DNA of 64,000 nt, taken from positions 21,712 through 85,711 of the forward strand of contig JALOTD010000007.1 of the NCBI GenBank assembly GCA_025458105.1, in the 5' to 3' direction. The DNA is from Tabrizicola sp. Its GTDB lineage: Bacteria > Pseudomonadota > Alphaproteobacteria > Rhodobacterales > Rhodobacteraceae. Below are positions 54,977-63,907 of the stretch, in pieces (position 1 is the stretch's first letter; every line of letters begins with the position of its first letter). A program made the translations under genes and the position numbers. A model generated the notes under the pieces. It made no database searches. It was not told where the DNA came from and worked only from the letters and a program-made list of their open reading frames with translations.

Positions 54977-55438
54977 TCAGGGCGTGGTGCGGAAGAGCAT
55001 TCGGCGCGGCTGAAAGCCGGCTGCGCGGAAAAAGGCGTGTGCCTCGTGGTTCGCCTCCCAGGTGTCGAGGAGAATTTCGTCAGCCAGTTGGTCGCGGGCA
55101 AGTTGGCGCGCGGCTTCCAGCAAGGCCCGGCCATGGCCCTTTCGCCGAGCCTCGGGCGCCACCGCGATATGGTCGACCATGAGGCGACGCACGCCCGGCG
55201 AGAAGAGCGAGGGTTCGCGGAACTGCAGCGTGCAGGCAGCATATCCAACCGCCGGATCACCTGACAGGAAGATCGTGCAGATCGGGTCAGCAAGCCGGTC
55301 TTCGAAATAGGCCCGCACTGCGGCCGGATCAGGCCGAGCGTGGAAGACGTCCGGATAGTGCTGGGCGTGCCAGCCCTGCACATAGGCGTTCAGGCAGGCT
55401 AGCACCGCCGCGTCAGCCGCTGTCGCGCGGCGGATCAT
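54977..55438 (-). CDS. GNAT-family N-acetyltransferase
   Basis: MVDHIAVAPEARRKGHGRALLEAA..EANHEAHAFFRAAGF. Its start overlaps the dnaX stop. Confidence 0.8.
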   Translation of the reverse strand: MIRRATAADAAVLACLNAYVQGWHAQHYPDVFHARPDPAAVRAYFEDRLADPICTIFLSGDPAVGYAACTLQFREPSLFSPGVRRLMVDHIAVAPEARRKGHGRALLEAARQLARDQLADEILLDTWEANHEAHAFFRAAGFQPRRMLFRTTP

Positions 55439-57186
55439 TCTTCGAACGGGTCCCAGTCGTCGTCAAGCTCCGGCTCGGCCTGGGGCAGGGCTGCTTCGGT
55501 CGCCTGTGCAGTCAGACTTTCAGGTGAACGAACCTCAGAAATCCTTGCGCCAGGAAAGGTGGAGAGGATCGCCTGGACCAAGGGGTTCGTCGCCGCTTCG
55601 GCCCGGACCAACGCCAGTTCGCTGGACTTCACCTCGGCGATAGTGGGCTGGCCACCGGAGGAGACCACCGAGACACCCCAGCGCGCGCCGGTCCAGCCCT
55701 GCAGGCGCTGGCCGAGACGGGCGGCGAGATCGGGCCTGGCACCGGGGGCGGGTTCGAATTCAATCCGGCCGGGTGCGTATCGGGCGAGACGCAGGCCGGT
55801 CTCGACCTCGTTCAGAAGCAGCATGTCGCGCTTTGAGCGGATCAATTCGACCACAGAGTCGAAGGTCGCATAGACCTGAAGCTGCCCTTCGGCCAGCGCT
55901 GGGGCGGCGGCGGTCATGGTCGGGCCACGGCTGGGGGCCGAGTGGACCGGGGCCATGCGCGGAGCGTGGACGGTGCCACCCCCCGCCGGTGTGCCACCCG
56001 CAACGCCGCCAGAAGGCGGGCGGGGCGCATCCTGCAGCTTCTTCACGAGGGTTTCCGGGTCCGGCAGGTCGGCGACATGGGTCAGGCGGATTACGGCCAT
56101 CTCGGCCGCCATCATGGCGTTCGGGGCAAGGGCCACCTCTTCGATGGCCTTGAGCAGCATCTGCCACATTCGGGTCAACGCGCGCATAGGCAGGCGGGCG
56201 GCCATGTCCTGACCGCGCGTCTGTTCGTCGGGGGGCGTTGTCGGGTCCTCGGCGGCGGAGGGGTTGATCTTGATGACGGAAATCCAGTGCGTGATATCAG
56301 CCAGGTCGCGCAGAACGGCCATCGGGTCAGCCCCGTCGGCATATTGCGCGGACAGTTCCGCCAGAGCCTTTGCCGCGTCACCCTTCATGATGAGATCGAA
56401 CAGATCGAGCGTGCGGCCCCGGTCGGCAAGTCCCAGCATGGCGCGGACCTGGTCCCCCGTGGTTTCCCCGGCACCGTGGGCGATGGCCTGGTCCATCAGG
56501 CTCATCGCGTCGCGGACCGAACCTTCGGCGGCCCGCGTGATCAAGGCAAGCGCGTCGGCAGCGAGTTTCGCGCCTTCGAGATCGGCCACTTTGGACAGAT
56601 GGGTCATCATTACCTCGGGCTCGATCCGCTTGAGGTCGAAGCGCTGACAACGGGACAGGACCGTAACGGGGACCTTGCGGATTTCGGTGGTGGCAAAGAT
56701 GAACTTTACATGCGCCGGAGGTTCCTCGAGCGTCTTCAACAGCGCGTTGAAAGCCGCCGTCGACAGCATGTGCACTTCGTCGATGATGTAGACCTTGAAG
56801 CGGGCACTTGCGGCTCGGTAGTGGACGCTGTCAATGATCTCGCGGATGTCGCCCACGCCCGTGCGCGAGGCCGCGTCCATCTCTAGAACGTCGACGTGGC
56901 GGCCTTCAGCGATGGCCCGGCAGGGTTCGCACTGGCCGCAGGGTTCCGTCGTCGGACCCCCCTGGCCGTCAGGGCCGATGCAGTTCAGTCCCTTTGCGAT
57001 GATCCTTGCGGTCGTGGTTTTCCCCACACCACGCACACCGGTCATCACGAAGGCATGCGCGATCCGGTCTGCCGCGAAGGCGTTTTTCAGGGTGCGCACC
57101 ATTGCCTCTTGCCCGATCAGGTCGGCAAAGGTCTGGGGGCGGTATTTGCGGGCAAGGACCTGGTAGGCGGAGGAAGCATCGCTCAT
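55435..57186 (-). CDS. dnaX: DNA polymerase III subunit gamma/tau
   Basis: YQVLARKYRPQTFADLIGQE.., GVRGVGKTTTARI, the Zn module CGQCEPC, IIDEVHMLS and SRCQRF. Confidence 0.95.
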   Translation of the reverse strand: MSDASSAYQVLARKYRPQTFADLIGQEAMVRTLKNAFAADRIAHAFVMTGVRGVGKTTTARIIAKGLNCIGPDGQGGPTTEPCGQCEPCRAIAEGRHVDVLEMDAASRTGVGDIREIIDSVHYRAASARFKVYIIDEVHMLSTAAFNALLKTLEEPPAHVKFIFATTEIRKVPVTVLSRCQRFDLKRIEPEVMMTHLSKVADLEGAKLAADALALITRAAEGSVRDAMSLMDQAIAHGAGETTGDQVRAMLGLADRGRTLDLFDLIMKGDAAKALAELSAQYADGADPMAVLRDLADITHWISVIKINPSAAEDPTTPPDEQTRGQDMAARLPMRALTRMWQMLLKAIEEVALAPNAMMAAEMAVIRLTHVADLPDPETLVKKLQDAPRPPSGGVAGGTPAGGGTVHAPRMAPVHSAPSRGPTMTAAAPALAEGQLQVYATFDSVVELIRSKRDMLLLNEVETGLRLARYAPGRIEFEPAPGARPDLAARLGQRLQGWTGARWGVSVVSSGGQPTIAEVKSSELALVRAEAATNPLVQAILSTFPGARISEVRSPESLTAQATEAALPQAEPELDDDWDPFEE

Positions 57187-57408
57187 GCCGGACAGCTTAG
57201 CCTTCCGCCCGCACCCGGCGCAAGCGCCGCTGCCAAAGGCCGCATGAAACCCTTGAACATCGCGGAAAGCCGCAAAGCCGCCTTGAAATCGTCATGAGAG
57301 GACGCCCTTTGTTGATAAATAGCGAGTTAACGCTCGCCGGAGGAATTCGGCTGCGCACTGTCTGGGTTTCGCCTCATGCGTGAGGTGGTCAATGAGTGGG
57401 AGTGGAAT

Positions 57409-58587
57409 ATGGATAGCGGTGATAGCGCTTGGCTAATGGCGTCAACGGCGCTGGTTTTGTTCATGACTCTGCCGGGACTTGCCTTGTTTTATGGCGGTCT
57501 GGTTCGGGCTTCGAATGTGTTGTCGATCTTCCTGCAGTGCTTTGCAATTACCTTCGTTGTGTCGCTGTTGTGGTTCGCTTTGGGATACTCGATCGCCTTC
57601 GGCGACGGGTCTGCTGTCTGGGGTGGCCTTGGAAACGCGTTTCTGGCTGGTGTCGGGCAAGACACCTTGCGCGGCACGATCCCGGAAAACCTGTTCTTCC
57701 TGTTCCAAATGACCTTTGCGATCATCACTCCTGCCCTGATCATCGGTGCTTTTGCCGAACGGGTGCGCTTTACGTTCGTCATCGCCTTTTCCTGCTTCTG
57801 GATGCTGCTGGTCTTTTGCCCCATCGCCTACTGGGTCTGGGGCGGCGGCTTCCTGGGCGACAACGGTATCTGGGGTGAAACCGGAGTTCGCGATTTTGCC
57901 GGAGGTATCGTGGTGCACGTGACGGCAGGTGTCGCGGGTCTGGTCCTGGCCATCATGATCGGGCGTCGAATTGACACCAGCCAGGTCCCGCACAACCCAG
58001 GCTATGCGTTGATTGGTGCGGGGATGCTTTGGGTTGGATGGTTCGGGTTCAATGGCGGTTCGGCTTTGGCAGCCAATGGCACAGCGGCCTCTGCTCTGGC
58101 CGTCACCCATGTGGCCGCAGTGGCCGGAGCAGTTTCCTGGTGCCTTTGGGAGGCACTGCGAACCGGGAAGATCACGCTTGTCGGTGCCATCACTGGCACA
58201 ATCGCCGGCCTTGCCACCGCTACGCCGACTGCCGGATACATCCACCCGGTTGCCGGGATGATCAGCGGCGGGATCGCAGGCATCGTTTGCCAGGAAGTGC
58301 AGATGCTGTTGCGGGCCCGCCTGAAAATCGACGATTCGCTCGATGTCTTTGCCGTCCACGGCATCGGCGGATCGCTGGGTATTCTTCTGTTGGCCGCGTT
58401 GGGAATAGCTCCGGCCCTGGCGCAGGTCGGATCCCTGGTCATCTGCATCGTCTGGACCGTTGTCATGACCTATGCCATTGCGCAGCTCTTGCGCGGCCTG
58501 ATGCCGATGCGGGTCACGCCGGAAGAGGAAGTCCAGGGTCTGGATATCGCAGTCCATGGCGAGCGGGCCTATCTGTTGGACAGCTAG
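57409..58587 (+). CDS. amt: ammonium transporter (Amt family)
   Basis: ATG after GGGAG. DSGDSAWLMASTALVLFMTLPGLALFYGGLVR.., DFAGGIVVHVTAG, GWFGFNGGSA and FAVHGIGG. Confidence 0.9.
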   Translation: MDSGDSAWLMASTALVLFMTLPGLALFYGGLVRASNVLSIFLQCFAITFVVSLLWFALGYSIAFGDGSAVWGGLGNAFLAGVGQDTLRGTIPENLFFLFQMTFAIITPALIIGAFAERVRFTFVIAFSCFWMLLVFCPIAYWVWGGGFLGDNGIWGETGVRDFAGGIVVHVTAGVAGLVLAIMIGRRIDTSQVPHNPGYALIGAGMLWVGWFGFNGGSALAANGTAASALAVTHVAAVAGAVSWCLWEALRTGKITLVGAITGTIAGLATATPTAGYIHPVAGMISGGIAGIVCQEVQMLLRARLKIDDSLDVFAVHGIGGSLGILLLAALGIAPALAQVGSLVICIVWTVVMTYAIAQLLRGLMPMRVTPEEEVQGLDIAVHGERAYLLDS

Positions 58588-58876
58588 ATCACTCCATTTC
58601 TGCACGATCGGGGCCGGGCAGCGCGAAGGTGTTGTCTGGTCCCGGTCGAGCAGTTTCGGGCCACGTCACGCCAGGACCAAAACTCTTTTCAACTCTGAGA
58701 TGTATTTTGTTGTGACAAGATCGACCCAATGGGGAAACTTCGCATTTCCGCCATGATTGCCGATCCTTTCGCATGGGAACGGTCAAATTGAGAACAATTT
58801 GTCCAGTTTAGTGGTCATCGTAGTGGGCGAGCGAAAACACTTGGCCGCTCAAGTGCCGCGAGTTTGGGGTTGCGTT

Positions 58877-60766
58877 ATGAAGTCGAGTGCCGAGAACAAC
58901 CAGATCCAGGGCAGTCAGGGGGAAATGGGCGACGAACTGCCGTCGGGAACCCAGCTGTCGAATGGCAACTACACGATCCAGCGGCATCTGAAGACCGGCG
59001 GTTTCGGCATAACCTATCTGGCCCACGACACGCTTGGCCGACCAGTGGTGATCAAGGAATGCTTCCCAGGCACCCTCTGCTCTCGCGCGTCAAAACAAGT
59101 GCAACTGCGCTCTCGCGCGCATTCGACCTCGGTGGAAAGTCTGGTCCAGCGTTTTGTAGTCGAGGCGCACAGCCAAGCCAAGCTTGACCACCCGAACGTC
59201 GTGAAGGTCCACCAGGTCTTCAAGGAAAACAACACGGCCTACATGGCGATGGATTATGTTCAAGGTCACGATCTGCTGGAAACGATCCGGCAGCCTGATC
59301 TGACCTTGACGCCCACCGAGGTCCGCTCCTCTCTGCTGAAGCTTCTGGACGCGGTTGCCGCCGTGCACGACCAGAACCTTTTGCATCGGGACATCTCGCC
59401 CGACAACATCCTCATCGATGGCAAGCGGCGACCGATCCTGATCGATTTTGGTGCTGCAAAGGACGAGGCGGCGCGCATCGACAGTGTGGCCTCGACACTG
59501 CATGTGGTGAAGGACGGCTATTCCCCGCAAGAGCTTTATCTGAGTGGCGGCGGAAATCAGGGGCCGTGGAGCGATCTCTATGCGCTGGCCGCGACCTACT
59601 ATCATGTCATCAGCGGCTCTGCCCCGCCGAACAGTCAGGTCCGCCTGGCGGCAATGGCGGCAAACACGGCCGATCCTTGCGTCCCTCTGAGCGGTCGGTT
59701 TGACGCCTACGAACCGCGCTTTCTGGCAGCCCTGGACAAGACCATGGCAGTCCTACCGAAAGAGCGCTTTCAGTCCGCGCGACAGTGGATCAATGCCATA
59801 AACGGAAGCGAAGACGGGAATGTCAGGATATTCCCGGTCAGCGAAGTTGTCCGGCAGGTCACGCCCATGACGCGGGTCACACGGGCCGAAGCGCAGGCCG
59901 CGCGAAAGAAAATCGGGCCGATTGCGTTGCTGGGCGGTGTTGGCGTCGTGGCGCTGGTTGGTCTGGGCATTTTCTTGGCTCTGCCCAGCGGTGACGACGT
60001 GCAGACCGGAACAGCCTCAAACGTTGGCAAAGCCCTGGCGGCCGGGTCTGCAACGGTCGAAGCCGAGCCCGCCGTCGCCCCAGAACCGACACCTGTCGCG
60101 GATCCCGCGCCGCCTTCGGAGCCTGCATCGGCCGAGCCGGTGGCGGAAGCGGTGGCCCCCCCGCCTGTCGTCGAGGCAACAGCCGCAGACCCCGGCGTGA
60201 CCGAAGTCAGCGCACTTACATCCAACTGGACCGTGGAACTGCCGTTCTCGGCGGGCGGGAACGAGCCAACGCGTGTTCAGCAGACCACAGGGGCATCGCC
60301 TGATTGGCTGGTTCCGGGGCTGCTCATCACGGCCGTCAACGGCACCCCTGTGACCCGGATCAACGACATCCCCGGCATCCTGCGCGAATCTGTCTCGCCG
60401 GGGGATCAGCCGACCATCTCGGTCACCCTGACAACGCTCCCGGAAGGTTCAACCGATCCGGTGGATCAGACGCTTGACCTGCCGGTCATGCACCGGATCA
60501 TGTTGCGCTCGGGCGCGCAGTTTCTGGTGGAATGGCAGGAGTCGGCCTGGCGGACAGAGGTCTTCGCGCTGCCCGACGGATACAGCGGCGAGGTCAAGGT
60601 TGGCGACATCGTCGTTGCCCACGTCAATTCCGGAGTGCGTGTGGACCGCCCGAACGCGCTGTCCGAGGCGCTGTTGAACGATATCCTGTCGAAGGCTGGC
60701 AGCACCCGGCTTGCGATCGAACAGAACGGGCAGATCTGGATCGTTTCCTTCCCGCTGCCCCGGTAA
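58877..60766 (+). CDS. Hanks-type Ser/Thr protein kinase with one TM helix and two PDZ-like extracytoplasmic segments
   Basis: GGFGITYLA, VVIKE, HRDISPDNIL, IDFGAA and GYSPQE. TM helix IALLGGVGVVALVGLGIFLAL. A Pro/Ala linker follows. The C-terminal segments LLITAVNGTPVTRINDIPGIL and VGDIVVAHVNSGVRVDRPNAL look PDZ-like. Confidence 0.85.
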   Translation: MKSSAENNQIQGSQGEMGDELPSGTQLSNGNYTIQRHLKTGGFGITYLAHDTLGRPVVIKECFPGTLCSRASKQVQLRSRAHSTSVESLVQRFVVEAHSQAKLDHPNVVKVHQVFKENNTAYMAMDYVQGHDLLETIRQPDLTLTPTEVRSSLLKLLDAVAAVHDQNLLHRDISPDNILIDGKRRPILIDFGAAKDEAARIDSVASTLHVVKDGYSPQELYLSGGGNQGPWSDLYALAATYYHVISGSAPPNSQVRLAAMAANTADPCVPLSGRFDAYEPRFLAALDKTMAVLPKERFQSARQWINAINGSEDGNVRIFPVSEVVRQVTPMTRVTRAEAQAARKKIGPIALLGGVGVVALVGLGIFLALPSGDDVQTGTASNVGKALAAGSATVEAEPAVAPEPTPVADPAPPSEPASAEPVAEAVAPPPVVEATAADPGVTEVSALTSNWTVELPFSAGGNEPTRVQQTTGASPDWLVPGLLITAVNGTPVTRINDIPGILRESVSPGDQPTISVTLTTLPEGSTDPVDQTLDLPVMHRIMLRSGAQFLVEWQESAWRTEVFALPDGYSGEVKVGDIVVAHVNSGVRVDRPNALSEALLNDILSKAGSTRLAIEQNGQIWIVSFPLPR

Positions 60767-60889
60767 CCGCCCGTCAGCCAGATCGGCGGCGCCGGGAAGC
60801 ACCGGGCGGGTTCAAGACACCAAAGGCCCCTAAAGTCCTACGGGCATTTTTCGGATCCCGTCAGCGGTTCGCCAAATGGGGGCAACGGT

Positions 60890-61108
60890 CTAGCTGCCTC
60901 GGAACGCGATCAGAAAGGTCTCGGCCAGGTCTTGCGCCACGTCCTCTGGCGTGTCTACGGCAATTGCATGCCGCTTGATGCCATGGATCATGCGTTCCAA
61001 AACTGCGGCCGCGATTGTGCGGACCTGTTTGTGGTCAGGTCCGTTGAACAGCAGGCCGGAAATCGGACGGGCACCAGCATTGTCGAGAACCTCGAACAGT
61101 TTCGCTGT
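60890..61108 (-). pseudogene. C-terminal remnant of an unidentified gene
   Basis: 72 codons are open between in-frame stops and there is no start codon. The translation ..KLFEVLDNAGARPISGLLFNGPDHKQVRTIAAAVLERMIHGIKRHAIAVDTPEDVAQDLAETFLIAFRGS looks protein-like, perhaps a regulator C-terminal domain. Confidence 0.3.
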
Positions 61109-61591
61109 TTACTGGCAGAACGTGGTCGCCGCGAGCCAGCAGTCAGCGGCCTTCCCGGAAACGCCGCTTTGGGGTCAGAGGCATTCTATTGGCGGCCTTC
61201 GGCTGGGATGGCACGAGGCCATGGGCCGAGTTGAAAGATCGATTATCCTGGACGCGGGCCTGACGCATGTCAGCGATCACCCGACGCAGTCTCGTCGGCA
61301 AGCGCGGCTGTTCTGGTCGCCCCCGGTGCGCGGATTGGCGCAGGTGACGGGCGACCTTCCCGGGCGTCTTCTGGGGCTGGGCGCGGATCTGCCGCTGGGG
61401 GGTCTGTCGCGACTGGCGGCGCTGGTACCTGCTACCGGGCTGGTATCTGTCGGACGTCGGGCGCAGCCTGCCCCTGCCGGACCCCGCAGCGGGTGCAGAG
61501 CTAAACGCGCATGATCGCTGTCGCTTACGACGCGCCACGAAACCAACTGCTGCGCGCCGTTTGAGCCGCACTAGGCAATTCATGAGGGCGA

Positions 61592-61691
61592 GGTGAGAGG
61601 CTGGACAACGACCCAAGCGGGGCTCGTTACGGCTGCTTCCTTCCGGACCTGACCGGGTTGGCGAGGTGCCTGCCCGCGCCAACCTCTCACC
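61592..61691 (-). ncRNA. ffs: signal recognition particle RNA, small bacterial type (4.5S)
   Basis: The minus strand reads GGUGAGAGG..CCAACCCGGUCAGGUCCGGAAGGAAGCAGCCGUAACGAG..CCUCUCACC. This is the exact conserved domain IV (GGAA tetraloop, AGCAGCC) closed by a 9-bp terminal helix. It is 100 nt long. Confidence 0.9.
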
Positions 61692-61778
61692 ATCGGATAT
61701 AGGTGATAGATCGGCGGGGCGCAAGCCGGTGGCCTGCCGAAGGCTATGCGCCTAAACTCGCCATCGAAGGGGGACGTC

Positions 61779-63146
61779 ATGACCCGACTCATCCGTATTG
61801 AGTGGCCAGACAACGGCACGCCTGATTTGCCACCGGCGGTTACACTCTTCGAGTACGAATCGCGCCTTCGGGCTTTGCGCCGGGCAGCGGAGGCGGCAGA
61901 GTATGACGCAATCGTGGTCTATGGCGACCGTGAGCATGCTGCCAACCTGCACTGGTTGACGGGCTTCGATCCGCGCTTTGAAGAGGCGGTGCTTATCGTC
62001 ACGCCAGGGGATGCGCTGCTGCTGGCAGGAAACGAATGTCTGGCCTACACCGACGTTTCGCCGCTGGTCGCAGGCGGGCTCGTGCGGACGGGTCATTGCG
62101 CCAGTCTGTCACTGCCGAGCCAGCCCCGTGACGGTCGGCGACTGGCGGACTGGCTTGCAGACATGCTCGCAACGGATGACCGGGTTGGAGTGATCGGTTG
62201 GAAGTGGTTCGGCCCAGATGAGGTTGATGACCCGGTGACGGCACTGGAGGTGCCAGCGTTCCTGGCTGACCCGCTTCGCGTGATGACAGCACGGGTAGAG
62301 GCAGCCACGAAGCTGATGATGCATCCCGGCCATGGACTTCGAGCCCGCGTGGACGCTGCCGATATCGCGCGTCTGGAGTTTGCCAACCATATGGCCGCCG
62401 CTGCGTTGAAGCGGATGGTCTTCGCCCTGCATCCTGGCATGACCGATTTTCAGGCGATCGAGGCTGCGCGGGTGGGCGGTCTGCCCCTGGGTTGTCATAC
62501 GACCTTTGCGGTGGGCTCTGCCCCGGGGCTCTGCGGTCCCTCGGGCGTTCGCCTACAGCCAGGTGCAAGCGCAAGTTTCAACATCTGTCATTGGGGCGCG
62601 AATATCTGTCGGGCGGGCTGGCTGGCGCAGTCCGCGGCAGACCTGCCCGCCGTCGCGCGCGACTATGTCGAGGTCTTCGTCGAACCCTACGTCAGGGCAA
62701 TGTCGGACTGGTGCGGGATGATGCGGCCGGGGGTCTCGGGCGGCTATGTCTGGAGCCACATGATGGCGGCGCTGCCGGTCGAGACCTTTGGTGTCACACT
62801 GAACCCGGGCCATCTGATCGGCCTTGACGAATGGATCTCATCTCCGATCCGCGCGGGGTCGGCCGATGCCTTGGCCAGCGGCATGCCGATGCAAATGGAT
62901 GTGATCCCGACCCATCCGGTCTATGGATCGACGCGGATGGAAGATGGCTATGTCATCGCCGGTATGGAGCTGCGGGACGAGCTGGCGGCGCGTTTCCCGA
63001 ACGTCGCCCGCCGCTGCGAGGCCCGCGCCAGGTTCATGCGGGAAGTCATCGGCATGGAGGTGCCGGACAGCCTTCTGCCTCTGGCCGACACCTGTGGTGT
63101 CGTGGCGCCCTACCTGTTTGACCCGGCCCAGATTGTGGTCTGCTAG
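61779..63146 (+). CDS. creatinase/prolidase-fold (M24-like) protein with creatinase-type N-terminal domain
   Basis: ATG at 61779 after GAAGGGGGA. The N-terminal pattern YESRLRALRRAAEAAEYDAIVVYGDREHAANLHWLTGFDP fits, and the length (455 aa) and layout fit the pita-bread fold. Metal ligands not verified. Confidence 0.5.
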   Translation: MTRLIRIEWPDNGTPDLPPAVTLFEYESRLRALRRAAEAAEYDAIVVYGDREHAANLHWLTGFDPRFEEAVLIVTPGDALLLAGNECLAYTDVSPLVAGGLVRTGHCASLSLPSQPRDGRRLADWLADMLATDDRVGVIGWKWFGPDEVDDPVTALEVPAFLADPLRVMTARVEAATKLMMHPGHGLRARVDAADIARLEFANHMAAAALKRMVFALHPGMTDFQAIEAARVGGLPLGCHTTFAVGSAPGLCGPSGVRLQPGASASFNICHWGANICRAGWLAQSAADLPAVARDYVEVFVEPYVRAMSDWCGMMRPGVSGGYVWSHMMAALPVETFGVTLNPGHLIGLDEWISSPIRAGSADALASGMPMQMDVIPTHPVYGSTRMEDGYVIAGMELRDELAARFPNVARRCEARARFMREVIGMEVPDSLLPLADTCGVVAPYLFDPAQIVVC

Positions 63147-63150
63147 ACCT

Positions 63151-63223
63151 TGTCCACGCGTGGTCAATTCTTATTCTATCACGTAATCAATTACTTGAGC
63201 GTGGACATTCAGAGTTTGTCAAC
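63151..63223 (+). repeat. 73-nt TGTCCAC-heptamer element, copy 2 (copy 1 at 53904-53977)
   Basis: TGTCCACGCGTGGTCA, then a 34-nt AT-rich spacer, then GTGGACATTCAGAGTTTGTCAAC. It starts 5 nt after the stop of the M24-like gene. Confidence 0.8.
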
Positions 63224-63247
63224 CATCATGCGAAAGCCCGTCGCCGC

Positions 63248-63874
63248 CTAGATCACGCCCGCCATGCGGGCACCGGTCAGCAGGTCTGGGGCCAAGTGAT
63301 GCGCCCAGCGCCCGTCGCTGGGGACGACATCGGGCACCTGAACCACGACACAACCCGCGCGGTGCGCGGCTTCGGCTCCAGTCTCGCTGTCTTCAAACAC
63401 GAGGCAGCGTTCCGGTCGAACCCCAAACAGGTCTGCTGCCAGCAGGTAAGGGTCCGGCGCCGGTTTTGGCGCAGTGACGTCATCCAGCGTTACGACATGA
63501 GTGAAAGCTTGTGCGATTCCGGCAAGTCCAAGCTTGTGATGCGCGCCTGCCCGACCGGTCGAGGTGACAACGGCCATCGGGTGTTGCAGCAATCCCAGAA
63601 GCTCCGCAACACCAGGCTTGAGGGTCAGGCCCGAGTTGACGCCAGACGCAAAGCCATCGGCCCAATGCCGGTTGACGCTGTCCAGGTCAGCGGCTGGCCA
63701 GGCTGCGCGGATGATCTGCGATGCGGTTGGACCGTCCTTGCCAACCAACTGGTGCATGAAGGCTTCGTCCACCTTGTACCCGTGCGCGGCAAACGCGGCG
63801 ATGCCCGTGGCTAGGGCAATGCTTTCGGTATCGATCAGCGTGCCGTCCAGATCGAAAAGCAGTGCGTCGTACAT
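63248..63874 (-). CDS. HAD-superfamily hydrolase (beta-phosphoglucomutase-like subfamily)
   Basis: MYDALLFDLDGTLIDTE, VVTST, KPAPDPY and VFEDSETGAEAA. GGAGG lies upstream of the ATG. Confidence 0.82.
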   Translation of the reverse strand: MYDALLFDLDGTLIDTESIALATGIAAFAAHGYKVDEAFMHQLVGKDGPTASQIIRAAWPAADLDSVNRHWADGFASGVNSGLTLKPGVAELLGLLQHPMAVVTSTGRAGAHHKLGLAGIAQAFTHVVTLDDVTAPKPAPDPYLLAADLFGVRPERCLVFEDSETGAEAAHRAGCVVVQVPDVVPSDGRWAHHLAPDLLTGARMAGVI

Positions 63875-63907
63875 CGGAACCTCCGGTCTTGCCGGGCCTA
63901 TAGCCGA

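Noticed and set aside
57187-57215. GGCGGAAGGCUAAGCUGUCCGG just upstream of dnaX as a possible SRP RNA domain IV
   Set aside because: It only loosely resembles GUCCGGAAGGAAGCAGCC and has no closing helices. It also doubles as the dnaX ribosome-binding region. The true ffs, with an exact motif, is at 61592-61691.
60951-61724. 187-aa plus-strand and 193-aa minus-strand ORFs between the kinase and the M24-like gene
   Set aside because: Their composition is Arg/Pro/Ser-rich. The minus ORF runs straight through the SRP RNA gene. Neither has a recognisable domain.
63151-63223. TGTCCAC element read on the reverse strand as a sigma-70 promoter (contains TTGACA and TAGAAT)
   Set aside because: The two hexamers are about 38 nt apart, far from the 16-18 nt optimum. 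In both copies the reverse orientation points only into the antisense 3' end of a gene.
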